In this document: positions 40,086 through 57,187 of the stretch, piece after piece | How the letters are laid out: every line of letters begins with the position of its first letter | Position numbering within the stretch: the stretch's first letter is position 1 | DNA from: Octopus vulgaris | Lineage: Eukaryota | Reading direction: 5' to 3' | Assembly (NCBI GenBank): GCA_951406725.2 | Contig: OX597818.1 | Span: 67,704,001-67,768,000 of the forward strand | Length of the DNA stretch: 64,000 bases | Made by a program: the position numbers and the translations under genes | The notes under the pieces: generated by a model | Databases searched by the model: none | What the model saw: only the letters and a program-made list of their open reading frames with translations | What the model was told of the DNA's origin: nothing

Positions 40086-41297
40086 TTGTTTGCGTCTGTA
40101 CATGTATGCATCTGTAGAGAAGCATATGTATATATATATACATCCATGTATATGTATATATGTGTGTGTGAATGTATTTATATGTATGTATGCATGCATA
40201 TTATGATGATAATGTAAACTACCATTCTCTCCTTGAGTGCACTTGTCTCTTATAAATTGGTTGTCTCTCTCTTTCCCTCCCCCCATAACCCCTCACGAAA
40301 GGAAAAAAACACACGCACAAACACACGTTTACATATTTCAGTGTAACTACTAACGTGTTTGCCTGTGTGTCTGAGAATGTTTCTGATCACAAGACTCACT
40401 TTAACACAACCTAATTGAAGAATATTTCACAAAAGGGGGTCAAAGAATAATTATTAGTTATTATATATAATTCACAACTATAACGCTAATAATTTCCAGT
40501 GAGAAATAAACATTTCCGATACACCACATTAAAGTAAATAAGAAAATGTGATTAGTACAACCTCTCCATTTTACTGCTCTCTCCTTTCAAAATGTTTTCC
40601 TTCTTTTCCTCTTCTCCATCACTTCATCGGGAGCGCCAACGTGTAGTTTGTTGCAGCCTCTTAACATCACAGACGCTAAAATGTTATTCAAGGAGAGAAC
40701 ACGGAATCCGTAAGCTAGTACTAATCCTATTCTCTTGTTTACTTTTATTTGTTCTACCAAGATGGCTTATTACTCGCTAAACACTTATCCATCTCACAAT
40801 TACTGTGAGAACCCTTTGCGTGTTTTAATTTGCATCCACATTAAATTTGCATCTCGTTTCTCGAGACTAGTGGCGGCTTGTGTACTTTAACAATAAGATT
40901 GCTTTACGGGTTACACGAATCCATTCTGATGAATACGAAAAGAGTGATTCCACAGCACTAATCGCACCCTCAAACAGTCACATCTTTGCTGTTCCGATGG
41001 ATCAAAGGAACTGCGGAACCAGATGTTATCTATACTCAAAAGCAGCTTGAAACACACCTACAAGAATCAGTGTGAGCTTTCCATATGGTAGCCATTCGTA
41101 TCCACTTGCACCTGAAACTAAGTTAAATGCACGTGCTCAGATTTTGTGAAAGCATACATACATGCATAATTACATACATTCATACATATATATACATACA
41201 CACATATATATATACGTACATGTATATGTATATATATATGTATATATATGTATATATATATATGCATATATATATATGTGCGTGTGTGTGTTTATAT

Positions 41298-41359
41298 ACA
41301 CAACATTTAGGCTGATATAGCTTCCAGCCATTATCAGATGCTTTGGGGTAATTTCGAAC
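41298..41359 (-). ncRNA. Degenerate inverted copy of the 39289-39351 hammerhead segment
   Basis: Minus strand GTTCGAAATTACCCCAAAGCAT-CTGATAA-T-GGCTG(GAAGCTATAT)CAGCC-TAAA-TGTTGTGT; core mutated. Confidence 0.6.
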
Positions 41360-41373
41360 AACTCAGCCATAGG

Positions 41374-41439
41374 CCCACGGGCGTATGGCGTAGTGGTTCT
41401 AACCCCAAGATTCCGAGTTCGATTCCAACCAGTGACCTG
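41374..41439 (+). mobile_element. tRNA-like Pol III head of element E (second copy, internal deletion), followed by about 190 bp of (TAA)n
   Basis: TGGCGTAGTGG..CCCCAAGATTCCGAGTTCGATTCCAACCAGTGACCTG. Confidence 0.75.
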
Positions 41440-41499
41440 GAAAATGATAATAATAATAATAATAATATTAATAATAATAATAATAATAATAACAATAAC

Positions 41500-42662
<1,163 letters not shown>

Positions 42663-42668
42663 TAAATA

Positions 42669-42742
<74 letters not shown>

Positions 42743-42849
42743 AGATGATGATGATAATAATAACTATTCTGAAAGTGTGCAAAAAATTCGCTACTGATCA
42801 TTTAGATAACTACCAGATTGATTAGGTTGAAGGAAATGCGCCAACTGCT

Positions 42850-43260
42850 GCTGCGAAGAAAATATAATTTATTTTGTTCCGTGACTATCATCATGAATGT
42901 TTGTGTAATGGGCAAAAGAGCACAACGGTGGATGCAAGCGAATGAAACGGGGTTCGTCCGAAGTATCTCTGGAGTAACGTTATTCGACGGGGCTCCATAG
43001 ATCGGAGGTCTGGGAGTCTCTCTAGCTCGAGCTGCTACTTTACCGTATTGAGAGGTCATAACTGCGGAATTACGGACATGTAATTAGAATGTCACAGGAA
43101 AGAATCACAAGACAAAGTCTTCGAGCCGAGTCAAAGGCCAGAAGACCTTGAGGAAGACGAAGAATGATGTAGTTGGATAAGAGCCAGAGTCTTATCTGGT
43201 CATGCTTGCGAATCCGAAAGGTCTAATGATGCTTGTTGCCAATTGAATTCTATGAAGGTC
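42850..43260 (+). pseudogene. RTE-clade LINE 3' coding remnant
   Basis: QANETGFVRSISGVTLFD..LR.YGHVIRMSQERITRQ..RRP*GR: characteristic RTE C-terminal pattern. Confidence 0.75.
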
Positions 43261-43419
43261 ATTCAAGCGGGCGGGGAAGATGGAATGAAAGGATGGATGG
43301 ACGGATGGATGGTCGGATGGGTAGATGGTCGGATGGGTGGATGGATGGATAGCTGTAATTATACTCTCCTTCCGTTCTTTTTCAATTGTTCCTCAGCTTA
43401 TATTTTCATAGTTGGAAGA

Positions 43420-43830
43420 CGCCGAGCTGGCTGAACCGTTAGCACGCCGGGCGAAATGCTTAGCGGTATTTCGTCTGCCGCTACATTCTGAGTTCAAATT
43501 CTGCCGAGGTCGACTTTGCCTTTCATTCTTTCGGGGTCGATAAATCAAGTACCAGTTACGCACTGGGGTCGATGCAATTGACTTAATCCCTTTGTCTGTC
43601 CTTGTTTGGTCCCTCTGTGTGTAGCCCCTTGTGGGCAGTAAAGATATAAGAAATGTTAACACGCCAGCCGAAAAGACTTTACGTTCTGTGTTCAAATTCC
43701 GCCGAGGTCGACGTTGCATTTCATCCTTTCAGGTTCAATAAATTAAGTACCAGTTGTGTACTGGGGTCGATCTAATCAACTGGCCCCTCCCCCAAAATTT
43801 CGGGCTTTGTGCCTAGAGTAGAAAAGTATA
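43420..43830 (+). mobile_element. Two tandem SINE family A copies
   Basis: 43420-43650 full length and 43655-43830, with different 3' tails. Confidence 0.9.
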
Positions 43831-44269
43831 TTTTCGTAGTTGGTTTTTGTTTTATACCAACAGGAAAGCTTCTTCCATACGCAGTCAGATATTCCCAGTT
43901 GCAGGAACTCACGATTCGCACATCATACGTATGTTCTTACAGAATATTCTATGATTACATTTGGTACACATAATTAGAGAGATCTCTCTCCATCCAGAAT
44001 TGCCGATAGGAATCTGTTTGCCTGTATGTGTTTTTATTTATATAACCAATCCTAACTCTATCATCATTCGCTGAGAGTCTCTCTCTCTCTTTCTTTTTCT
44101 CTCTCTATCTATCTATCCATCCCTATCTCTCTGTCTCTCTCTGTCTCTCTCTCTCTCTATCTCTATCTCTATTTCTCTCCCGCCAATATATATATTTGTC
44201 ATAATAATAAGGTTAGTCAGATGCAATGAAGCAATAGCTCCAGACTTTTATTATATACAAATGCAGACA

Positions 44270-44440
44270 GTCTTGAAAATTTCCAAAGAAAATGAAATGA
44301 AATGGAATGAAAACAAACAAACGTTAAATGGTTGAGGCACAAGTATTCGCAAGTTCTACATCGATTCCTAACCATAATGACGTAAATATTTTATTTCATT
44401 TCATTCCATTATATTTCATTTCCTTGGAAGATCTGAAGAC
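44270..44440. repeat. Degenerate inverted repeat or old MITE
   Basis: GTCTT..TTCCAAAGAAAATGAAAT..AATGGAATGAAA..ACGT..ATGGTT pairs with AACCAT..ACGT..TTTCATTCCATT..ATTTCATTTCCTTGGAA..AAGAC. Confidence 0.55.
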
Positions 44441-44610
44441 ATTCTACACCTGCGTGTAAATAAACTACGCTACAGTTCCGGTAAAACTTCCGAGAAACCT
44501 CATTATCATTATTACTATTATTCTACTCTCTACACTAACATAGCGATTAATTCGTCTCTCTCTCACTCACTTTCTCCCTCTCTCACTCTCCCTGTACCCC
44601 CTCTCACTTT

Positions 44611-44685
<75 letters not shown>

Positions 44686-44687
<2 letters not shown>

Positions 44688-44845
44688 CGACGGGCTTCTT
44701 CCAGTTTCCGTCTACCAAATCCACTCACAAGCCTTTGGTCGGCCCGAGGCTATAGTAGAAGACACTTGCCCAAGATGCCACGCAGTGCGACTGAACCCGG
44801 AACTGTGTGGTTGGTAAGCAAGCTACTTACCACACGGCCACTCCT
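44686..44845 (-). mobile_element. SINE family B, 5' half
   Basis: Reverse complement of 13625-13785. Confidence 0.9.
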
Positions 44846-44929
44846 ATGTGATACGGATTTAGAAACTTCGAAAAATTTGAAATAAATCTTTGTTAATCAT
44901 GGAACAAAGTAAATATTGATTTCAAATAT

Positions 44930-45120
44930 TTGGCACAAGGCCAGAGATTTCCTCATGGTGCGGTGTATGGATGGGATCGACTATAGTACCCAACTGGTAC
45001 TTATTTTATCGATCTCGAAAGGATGAAGTGAAAGTCTGCCTCGGTTGAATTGTAATTCCGAATTGAAATGTTGTTAAGTAGTTTGTCCGGCGGCGTAGCG
45101 ATTCTACCAGCTAGTCACCA
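44930..45120 (-). mobile_element. Degenerate SINE family A
   Basis: CAACTGGTACTTATTTTATCGATCTCGAAAGGATGAA..GATTCTACCAGCT. Confidence 0.75.
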
Positions 45121-45175
45121 TAGGAACAGAATCAATATTACAGAGCAGTATATTGATGGGAAAATACCCTTAGCT

Positions 45176-45433
45176 CAGTGGTTTCCAAACTTTCTCGGGC
45201 AGCCGCCCCTTTGGCATCCGGGCCACATTCCTAGTGCACCCTCCCCACCTAATCATCGCAAACATAGACCTATTTCTGAAGCAAATTCGCAAATAAAACT
45301 TAACATAATTGACCAGGTATTTTCTTCTTTTTACATTAATCGCTACCCCATTATCACCCCACTTTTCTTCGATGCCTCGTTGGAACTTACAACCGCCCCA
45401 GAAGAGCAATACCTCCCACTTTGGGGACCACTG
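45176..45433. mobile_element. hAT (Charlie-type) MITE
   Basis: TIRs CAGTGGTTTCCAAA and TTTGGGGACCACTG; degenerate 8-bp TSD CCTTAGCT/CCGTAGAT; related fragment at about 57306-57540. Confidence 0.75.
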
Positions 45434-45754
45434 CCGTAGATGCAAAAGATCACAGACTGTCCGTGATTTCGATTCCTACATATGACAGTATTGTATCAAC
45501 GCAATCATTAGATTTTCTCTACTTATATAAATGTATTGTGAAGTAAAATTCCTTTATTCTTTCTCTCTAAATCGTGTCAGGTTACAGCAGTTCTAGATAA
45601 GAACCTCACCGGCATCGTTCCCTGCTGACCATCGAAGGGTTCTTTTAACACAATTCACTTTATCACAATTAGCTTTATCTATTTCAAATTGTATTGTTGA
45701 AAATGAGTCACAAAATACAGCATGTACTTACTTAGCCATCATTTCATACCAGTC

Positions 45755-46165
45755 ATGGCTGTGGGATAAGCTTGCTTCCTAACCACACGGTCCCTTCTTC
45801 AGTGTCATTTTGTGGCACACTGGGCAAGTCTCTTCTACTATCATTTCCGAAGGACTAAATCGTTATTAGTGGATTTGATAGACGGAAACTGAATGAAGCC
45901 CGTCATATGTGTGTATAAGAATGCATGTATATATATGCGTGTGTTTGTGTGTGCGTGTGTATATCTACGTGTTTGCGTTTTTGTATTTGTTATTGTCCGC
46001 ACCACAGCTTGACAACCGGTGGTGGTGTGTTTACGTCTACGTAAATTAGTTGTGCCACAAAAGAGACCGATAGAATAAGTACTATGCTTGCAAAAATAAG
46101 TCCTGCAGTCGATTTGCTCGACGAAAACACTTGAAGCCATCAACCCAACATGGCTGCAACAAGAA
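45755..46165 (+). mobile_element. Degenerate SINE family B
   Basis: TGGCTGTG..CTGGGCAAGTCTCTTCTACTAT..GACGGAAACTGAA..GAGACCGATAGAATAAGTACT. Confidence 0.85.
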
Positions 46166-47042
46166 AAATATAAAATTTATTTATTAATATTCTAGCCTCG
46201 TACACACACTCACACACTCACACACTCACACACATACACACACACACACACTCACACACACACACACTCACACACTCACACACATACACACGCACACAAG
46301 AATACAGGCTTCTGGAACTCTCTGTTTCTGTGGGGAGACGGGTTATATTGAGCCCTGCACTCAGCCATAACCTGTCATTTTCTTCTTCAAGCTTTCATTA
46401 TTTAGCATTTCATCCCTCGTCACCTCAATCAGCCATGCACTTCCACCAACATATGCTAACCTCTACAAAAGGTTTTATATTAGTACATTCATTTTATCAA
46501 CCGACTTCTAACCAACCATTTCTCCTTTCACTGCCACAAACGTTCATTTCAACCTCCAATCATGTCTCTACATTTCTAAGAACTGTTTCTATTTCACTTC
46601 TCTGTGCAGCTTCTTTCATTATCACTTTTCCTTACAATGTACATTAACGGTACCATTCCCCTTCTGGTCATCATTTATTAGCTGTTCCAAGTTGTAACAC
46701 TTCAACTGTAGACTTGGCTTCACCAAGTAAGTTGCTACGAAATAACGGTGACATGAAAAAAAGTAGAAAAAAAAAAACATATTTCAAAACAATTTGTCTT
46801 TTCCTCAAAGAATTAATGTACATTCTGCGTTTACAGGCTGCACGCAGACACGTTCACAAATACATGTATGAAGATGTACATACACATACACACGCACGCA
46901 CGCACACTCACACACCCACACCCACGCAAACACACACACACAAAATGAAAACTACCATACAAAATTATTCTCTCACACATATAACTTATTTAACCTCTAT
47001 CTCCTTTAGTTCACCGCTCACACACACCAATGCATACAATCG

Positions 47043-47079
<37 letters not shown>

Positions 47080-47432
47080 GCACATATACTTCAACACACG
47101 TCCCCAGTTGCACAAACCCGGATGGAATTCAGTAATTTGGTATTCTGAAACTATCCTCAGAGATTCACCATTCACAAAATGCAAATAATTCATATACTCC
47201 CTCAATTCTTCCATATTCTACCAGTCCCAAGATTTCTCTTTGTCGTCTATCAATCCAAAGTCATTCCATTGCTAAGTATTGAACTATTTAAATATTCAAA
47301 TACGTGTACGTATTTCGTATTTTTGTAGAGCCCGTTTCGTGACGTCCTGTGCTTACATATGCATATAAATATACGTATAGTTGTATGTACATATACAAAT
47401 GTATATATGCATATATGTATATATGTATGTAT

Positions 47433-47488
<56 letters not shown>

Positions 47489-47610
47489 TATATTATTATA
47501 TGATTGAACTCCATGCATCCTCTTACAAGTAAGTTTTATCTTATATATATATATATATAAATATAGTTATGTTGGGTATTTTCTATCGGTGTTTTCGGAC
47601 GTTTATAATA

Positions 47611-48040
47611 CCTGTTAGTATATATGTATACAATTATGCGCCTTGATTAAAGCAGTTTAGCTGTTATTTCTAGCGATATAGATATTTCTAACACCCTAGT
47701 CAAATTTGGTGAAGGTTGTAGTCTTCCTTTTTCTTGAAAAATTGCATACTACTCTGTATATTAATTTTCGGTATTCAAATTAGCGATTTCTTAAATCATC
47801 CATAGATTTTTATGGTGAAAACATACATAGAGAAAGAGAATTCAGTCGGAAGTGGAGGAATTCTCGCTGATAGAGTGACGGAAATTTCCGAAACTGACCG
47901 ATCAGTATAGAGAAGATTCCTTCGTTGATTTCGGGTGGTTATAGTCCCTGTCAGTATATATGTATACAATTATGTACTTTAACAACATTAAAATATTTCA
48001 GCTCGTATTTCTAGCAATATAGGTGTTCTAACAGTCTAGT
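47611..48040 (+). repeat. Diverged direct repeats of about 90 bp (47611-47700, 47947-48040) with a degenerate hammerhead-like motif between them (47867-47900)
   Basis: CCTGTYAGTATATATGTATACAATTATG..TATTTCTAGCRATATAG..TTCTAACA..CTAGT twice; CTGATAGA..GGA(AATT)TCC-GAAAC. Confidence 0.5.
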
Positions 48041-48042
48041 TT

Positions 48043-48095
<53 letters not shown>

Positions 48096-48558
48096 AATAA
48101 TATTAGGGAGTAAATCCAAACTTACAGGGAAAATTAGATTTATGATTAAATCCAATGTTATAGTATAAATATATATATATATTATATTAAATTAGAGATA
48201 TTGGTGTATGATTTTCACTGCTTGATTTGCCTAATAGTGGTTTTATCTCTAATTTAATATAATATACATGTATACATATATATATATATATACACAGAGG
48301 GGGGGAAGAGAGGAATATATAGATTGATAGAAATAGAGACTGATGGATAGACGTACATATATTTAAGCACACAAACCTACGTGCCTACAAATAAATATAG
48401 ACGAAATTCATTAGGAATTGGTAAAATTGTTTATTTTTTACTACGCATCGTATTATTTTAGAGGTTTCGTTCTTCATATATTTTCCCAAAAGCTTTACAT
48501 TACTGTATGAATGGGCCACGTATGTGATATACATAAGTACATATATATATATTATATA

Positions 48559-48599
<41 letters not shown>

Positions 48600-48601
<2 letters not shown>

Positions 48602-48994
48602 TCTTTTACTCTTTTACTTGTTTCAGTCATTTGACTGCGGCCATGCTCGAGCACCGCCTTTTAGTCGAGCAAATCGACCCCGGGACTTATTCTTTGTAAG
48701 CAGAGTACTTATTCTATTAGTCTCTTTTGCCGGACAGCTAAGTGACGGGAACGTAAACACACCAGCATCGATTGTCAAGCAATGCTAGGGGGACAAACAC
48801 ACACACATACACATATATATATATACATATATACGACAGGCTTCTTTCAGTTTCCGTCTGCCAAATCCACTCACAAGGCATTGGTCAGCCCGTGGCTATA
48901 GCAGAAGACACTTGCCCAAGATGCCACGCAGTGGGAGAGAACCCGGAACCATGTTGTTGGTTAGCAAGCTACTTACCACACAGCCACTCCTGCG

Positions 48995-48997
<3 letters not shown>
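48600..48997 (-). mobile_element. SINE family B, full length
   Basis: Reverse complement of 13619-14025. Confidence 0.92.
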
Positions 48998-49088
<91 letters not shown>

Positions 49089-49367
49089 CATATTTATATA
49101 CATAAATATCTACGTTTTTGTGTGTAGTCTGTAGGTGACAATATATGCGTTGTCAGTGACAAGATCGACTGTGACTCCCCCGTCGAAATTTGGATGGGCA
49201 GAGGCGCCAATAGTTGTCAAAACGTGAGTGTGGAGCCAAGAATGAGGTGAACGCTGTGGCTGGTCCTCTTCGAATATATGTATGAACATGCGTGTGTGTG
49301 TGAATGTATGTTATAATTACATATGTATGTATGCCTGTATGTATGTATGTACGCCTGTATGTATGTA

Positions 49368-50186
49368 TCTACTACATATGTGGGAAATTCTGTCTGTGGA
49401 GTTCTTAGCTAAATCTTTCTACATCATTTTGTCGATTTTGTTGAAACTTGACACATGAGTAGAACCCATGTCTAGAAACATCTTGGCATACTCAGATTGT
49501 GGGGAAGATTGATAATAGTTCCCCCGGAAGTGATCCTTTTATATATCTAATATATTTCATATTAATAGCCAAGGGAAATAACCCATTCATTTTCCTAAAT
49601 CATTTGGTATAAATCAAATTGAATATGCTTATTTCTTAGTATTTGAACTGTTAATTATTTTCTCAATTTATCCAGTACAACACTTTAACACCTAACTAGT
49701 ATTTTCCTAATTAATAGATCCACTTATTTCGGTTATTTTACAAGCACCGCTGAGGGTAATATTCTCTTGGAACACACAAAAACACTTCTCAGAGTTATTT
49801 ACTTTCAATTGTTATTATCTCATATCTGATTAGCCTGTTATTACGTTACATGCTTCACGAGTTTAGTTACACACCTTATTAGTATTTCCTCCTAAGTTCT
49901 ATATACTCAGGGAATGCATTAAATCCCTTTCCGGGGCTATATTATTTGAATTCTAACTATCGGGTAACTAATTTCAATGATTTCACTATTTGGGTATTCA
50001 TAAATTATTGGGAATTTCTAAAACAAGATCTTGTGTAAGACAGTTCGGTATTCTCTGTAAATGCACAAAAACCGTTTTAAGGGCTACATACTTTATATTG
50101 TTGTTATTAGATTAGTGAGACAATTATAAGAACAGAACCAAGGGATAAGCCAAACTTTCCCGGGAATTACCGGGTACGCCAGCTAG
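49368..50186 (+). mobile_element. Non-autonomous Helitron
   Basis: Starts TC after an A; ends with hairpin CCCGG(GAATTA)CCGGG followed by CTAG and then T; A/T target and no TSD. Confidence 0.75.
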
Positions 50187-50230
50187 TGTGTGTATATATA
50201 TATATTTATGTATGTGTATATCTAAAAAAT

Positions 50231-50537
50231 TGTGGCGGCACATGGCCTAGTGGTTAGAGTAACGGACTCGCAGCGCGGTCGAAGGATCGTGGGTTCGAAT
50301 CTCAGACCGGGTGATGTGTGCGTTTATGAACGAAACACCTTAGCTCCACGCGGCCCCGATAGATGGTAATGGCGAACTTCTGCTGACTCTTTCGCCAAAA
50401 CTTTCTCTTACTCTTTCCTCCTGCATCTAGCAGCTCACCTGCGACGGACCTGTATCCCGTCCATGTGGGGAACTTAATAACCTAGGAAACCGGGAAACCG
50501 GCCCTAAGAGCCAGGCGTTGCTCGAGAAGGAACAACG
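50231..50537 (+). mobile_element. SINE family C variant
   Basis: TGTGGCGGCACATGGCCTAGTGGTTAGAG..GGTTCGAATCTCAGACCGGG..GAAACACCTTAGCTCCACG. Confidence 0.85.
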
Positions 50538-51513
50538 TTCCTAATATCTAAATATTTAGCACACACAAAAACACACACTATAGAACTGTTTGTATATAGG
50601 TTGAAAATACATATAGTTAGCTCAAAGTCCTATAGTTTCAAACATAACACATGATAAGTAATATGCATGAAATTATTGGTTGTCGGTCTACATATACACC
50701 ATCGCAGCGGATATATACATGCGTATATTCAGGTTATATTGCTTGTGTGTATTTGTAATTACATGTATATGTGTATATGTGTGTGTATGTGAAATTCTAC
50801 GTGAAAATATGTGTATATGTTTATTACTCACGGATATGTGTGTGCAATTGTTTACTGAGAATATATCCTAGTACGCTCGCGTGTAAATAAAACATAAAAC
50901 GAAACCCTTTAAAAATATAAGTATTTCGCGAAGAAAATTACAGAAAAACTGCAATCCAATTCCTATTAAGTACAGAGATAAATTTAAATAACACAGTATA
51001 TACCAATATAGAAATTGTTCTTACAAAAACCTATTAAATCCCAATTTTAAATACATATATAAACTACTTTTTGGGGAAAGATATGGATTATTTAATTTAA
51101 TCTGCTCAATGTATTGTAATATTTGTATATATTTTTATTTATTTTCTTGGGTAGTTAATTTATTTCCTTATATATGTAGCTGTCTATTTATATCGTTACG
51201 ATAATATTAGCATTGTTAGAGTTATTGGTCTCGTTCTCGAACAGATATATTTTTGTCCATCAGATAATACTTGTCCGATCACTGAGTTTTTTTATCTTGA
51301 CAAATCTTTCTCTGTCCCTTAATCTATCTATAGCGTACCTTCTTTAGCTTCTCGCTTCCCAATGGACACAAACGAATGCAAAAGTACACACACGCCGGCA
51401 TATAAACGAATACACGCACACACAAACAGAGACAGGCAAACACATACACAATATTCCCCTCTCGCTTAAAGTGCGCATACACGTATGAGAGTGTGTATTG
51501 TATACGCATATAT

Positions 51514-53941
<2,428 letters not shown>

Positions 53942-54280
53942 GGGAAGAAAGAGAGGGAGGGAGATATTTAGATATATATTTCTATAACAGTAAAATAGTG
54001 GGTGAATACAAGATGCGATGTGACATCATTTTTTTTTTAAATATATATTATTCATGCCGCTTTATATATTTTATATCTGCGTTCGGTGTTAAATAATGCG
54101 TGCCTGACGTGTTATGTATAAGCGATAAGTCAGGTAATAAAATATATGTCTGAGTTATATGACAGAATCTATAATATCCATTTTATGTTATATAATGCAT
54201 GGATTCTTTAATGTGAAATGTCAAGCATACATATTATACTCACACACATACTGATACACACACACACACACACACATATA

Positions 54281-54320
<40 letters not shown>

Positions 54321-54324
<4 letters not shown>

Positions 54325-54512
54325 CTAGTGGTTAGGGCAGCGGACTTGCGGTCGGAGGATCGCGGTTTCGATTCCCAGACCGGGCGTTGTGTGTGTTTAT
54401 TGAGCGAAAACACCTAAAAGCTCCACGAGGCTCCGGTAGGAGGTGGTGATCCCTGCTGTACTCAAAAGGCGGTGCTCCAGCATGGCCGCAGTCAAATGAC
54501 TGAAACAAGTAC
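54321..54512 (+). mobile_element. Chimeric SINE: family C 5' head fused to family B 3' tail, followed by poly(A)
   Basis: 54321-54462 matches 37533-37680; 54465-54511 AAAGGCGGTGCTCCAGCATGGCCGCAGTCAAATGACTGAAACAAGTA matches 13966-14012. Confidence 0.8.
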
Positions 54513-54981
54513 AAAAAAAAAAAAAAAAAAAAAAAAAATATATATATAAAGTTAATCCAAACAAGAAAATACAGAAAAAAAGAAAAAAGAGAAAAAACAC
54601 AGCAACGCAACACGTTTATATACACACCTAGCAACGAGTCTATATAGTCTGTTCATTCCAAAAAGCATCCTACTGTAATCTTTCCTGTCCTCTGAAATCT
54701 TTCATGATTTTCCATATAAGGAATCTAAACTACAAAATCATGCTTCTACATATGTTTTGTAATTTTCATCTTATCTGTTTTGTTTAAATTTTTGATTAAT
54801 TAATAAATTAATTTGTGTCCATTGGATCTCATTGTTTTCTAATTCAAGAGTAAATGGCCGAAACTGCTGAGATTGTTGCGGATGACACGTCCTTCTTTGT
54901 TCTCGTCCGTCTATCATGTATCTGTCCGGATGTTTCATATCAACTTTTGCGTTCTTGTTGCATCCTTCGGATATATGTATG

Positions 54982-55074
<93 letters not shown>

Positions 55075-55092
55075 GCATACATATATATATAC

Positions 55093-55157
<65 letters not shown>

Positions 55158-55178
55158 TCTATATATACATATATATTG

Positions 55179-55209
<31 letters not shown>

Positions 55210-55298
55210 TTTATTTAAAGCAGCAGAAAATTCAACAAAATCTGTTACTCTGAGTATATATATATGTGTGTGTGTGTGTGTGTGCGATGGTACTAGAT

Positions 55299-55515
55299 AA
55301 GCAGCGTCGATTTTTACAATTCTGTAACTAATAATATTAGTATTATATAAGCTTTATGCTTATAAGCGCTCATCGCGCAATGACTACAGAAAATATGCGA
55401 ATAATTGGGCATATAAGCAGAAAAAAGTAGGTTTTCCCATACGCCTGGGACTCGAACCCACACCTCTCTGTTTCCGGGACCAAATGTTTTACCGTTACAC
55501 AAATGTTCAACCTGG
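55299..55515 (-). mobile_element. Repeat family F arm containing a tRNA-like sequence
   Basis: Homologous to 60659-60885; minus-strand B box GGTTCGAGTCCC. Confidence 0.65.
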
Positions 55516-55589
55516 TTCCCTCTGTCATATTTAAGAAATATAGTTAGTTTGTAGTGTTGTTTTTGTAAACAAAAATTCATATGCGCTTA

Positions 55590-55845
55590 CTGGGATGGTT
55601 TTTAGGTCCATGCAATGCCCAACTTAATGGGAACACCTGATAGGATTAGCTAAATCTTTGCTAAGCTTTGTGGCATCCTGGTCGATTCTAGAAGGGCTCT
55701 CTTGTTGAATGAGTTATATGCAGGTATGGGTGGCTTATCTGGTACTCCTTAAAGAAATTTGTCCAGATTCTGTTTCAAAGTGATGAGACCCCTTCCCTCA
55801 TCGATCTGTTTCGTGACAATGGTAAATAGGACAGGGCCTGTTACA
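55590..55845 (-). pseudogene. L2/CR1-group LINE 3' end remnant
   Basis: Minus strand GPVLFTIVTKQI..LKQNLDKFL*GVPDKPPIPAY, matching the GP.LFN.LP..FK..LDKFL..PD.P C-terminal pattern. Confidence 0.55.
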
Positions 55846-55883
55846 GTGTATACACATACATACATACATACTTGCATACATAC

Positions 55884-55916
<33 letters not shown>

Positions 55917-56374
55917 GGTATGTATGTATGTATGTATGTATGTATGTATGTATTTATGTATGTATGTATGTATGTATGTATGTATGTATGTATGTATTTA
56001 TGTATGTATGTATGTACGTATAATGAGAAAGATAATGGAGCTTGAAATCCCAACAAGTATTTCAGTAGAGATTTATTGATGTATTCTGAGATTGAATCAT
56101 CACATACAATCCGTTATCTTCAGATAAAAGTGCTGATGTGCCTAGGTATCACTGCATCCAATATATATATATATATATACATGCATATACATATATGTGT
56201 GTGTGTGTGTGACAGTGTGTTTGTGTATGTGCATATGTACGTATGTATTTGTTTACATGCATGTGTATATGCATGTATATTAAATCATATGAAATCCTGC
56301 ATTTTTGCTATAATCTGTTAAAGAATGAGCCGTGATGTAATATTTTGTATGCTATAATGTATATAACCTCTTGT

Positions 56375-56560
56375 ACTCTAGGTAAAAGGCCCGACATTTT
56401 GGGGAAGTGGCCGAAGCATTAAATCGTCCCCAGTACGAAACTGGTAAAAAATTTATCGACCGCAAAGGTTGAAAGGCAACTTCGCCCTCGGCGGAATTTG
56501 AACTCAGAACGTAAAGACAGACGAGTGCTACAGCATATTTAAGATGCGATTTATAATACA
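56375..56560 (-). mobile_element. SINE family A
   Basis: CCTCGGCGGAATTTGAACTCAGAACGTAAAGACAGACG. Confidence 0.8.
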
Positions 56561-56819
56561 TTGCACATTTCACCCATTAATTTCTATACTTTATGCCGGA
56601 ACAGAGTTAATGATTTGTTGTCAGAAAATTCTGTATGTAACATGTTTCTTAATGTGAACTTGAAATATTACTTCATATTTCAAGTGCTTCATTACAGAAT
56701 GTATATTTGACATATCAAATTATTTATATTTAAAGATTACTGGGAATAAATATTTGACGATCTACTTTAATTAGTGCAGATTTCTCTTGTGAATTAACAA
56801 ATGTATGGTTGTTTTATCT

Positions 56820-57187
56820 TTTAATTTTTTCCTTGTTTTAGGCAGTAGATTGCGGTCATGCTGGTGCAGCGCCTCCAAGTGTTTTTGAATCGAATGAATC
56901 GATACCAGTGCTTACGTTTTAAAGCCTTATACTCAGTCTATCGGTCTGTTTCGCTGAACTGCTAAGTTATGAGAACGTAAACACACCAACATCCGTTGTC
57001 AAGTGATGTGTGTGGGGTGGGGAAAAGAGAGATCGAAAGACCAACGCAAGTGGAATATTCTTCTACAAATTCCATTCATAAGGCTTTGCTCGGCCCAAGT
57101 CTAATGTACAAGGTTTCACACGGTGGGAGCGACCCCAGAACCATGTAGTTAGGAAGCACACATCTTGCCACGCAGCCACACCTGGCG
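56820..57187 (-). mobile_element. Degenerate SINE family B
   Basis: TGCGGTCATGCTGG..AACGTAAACACACCAACATC..AGGCTTTGCTCGGCCC..CAGCCACACCTG. Confidence 0.75.

Noticed and set aside
40926-40945. CTGATGA..GAAA as a hammerhead (also CTGATGA at 39652 and CTGACGA at 39785)
   Set aside because: No stem II or stem III pairing
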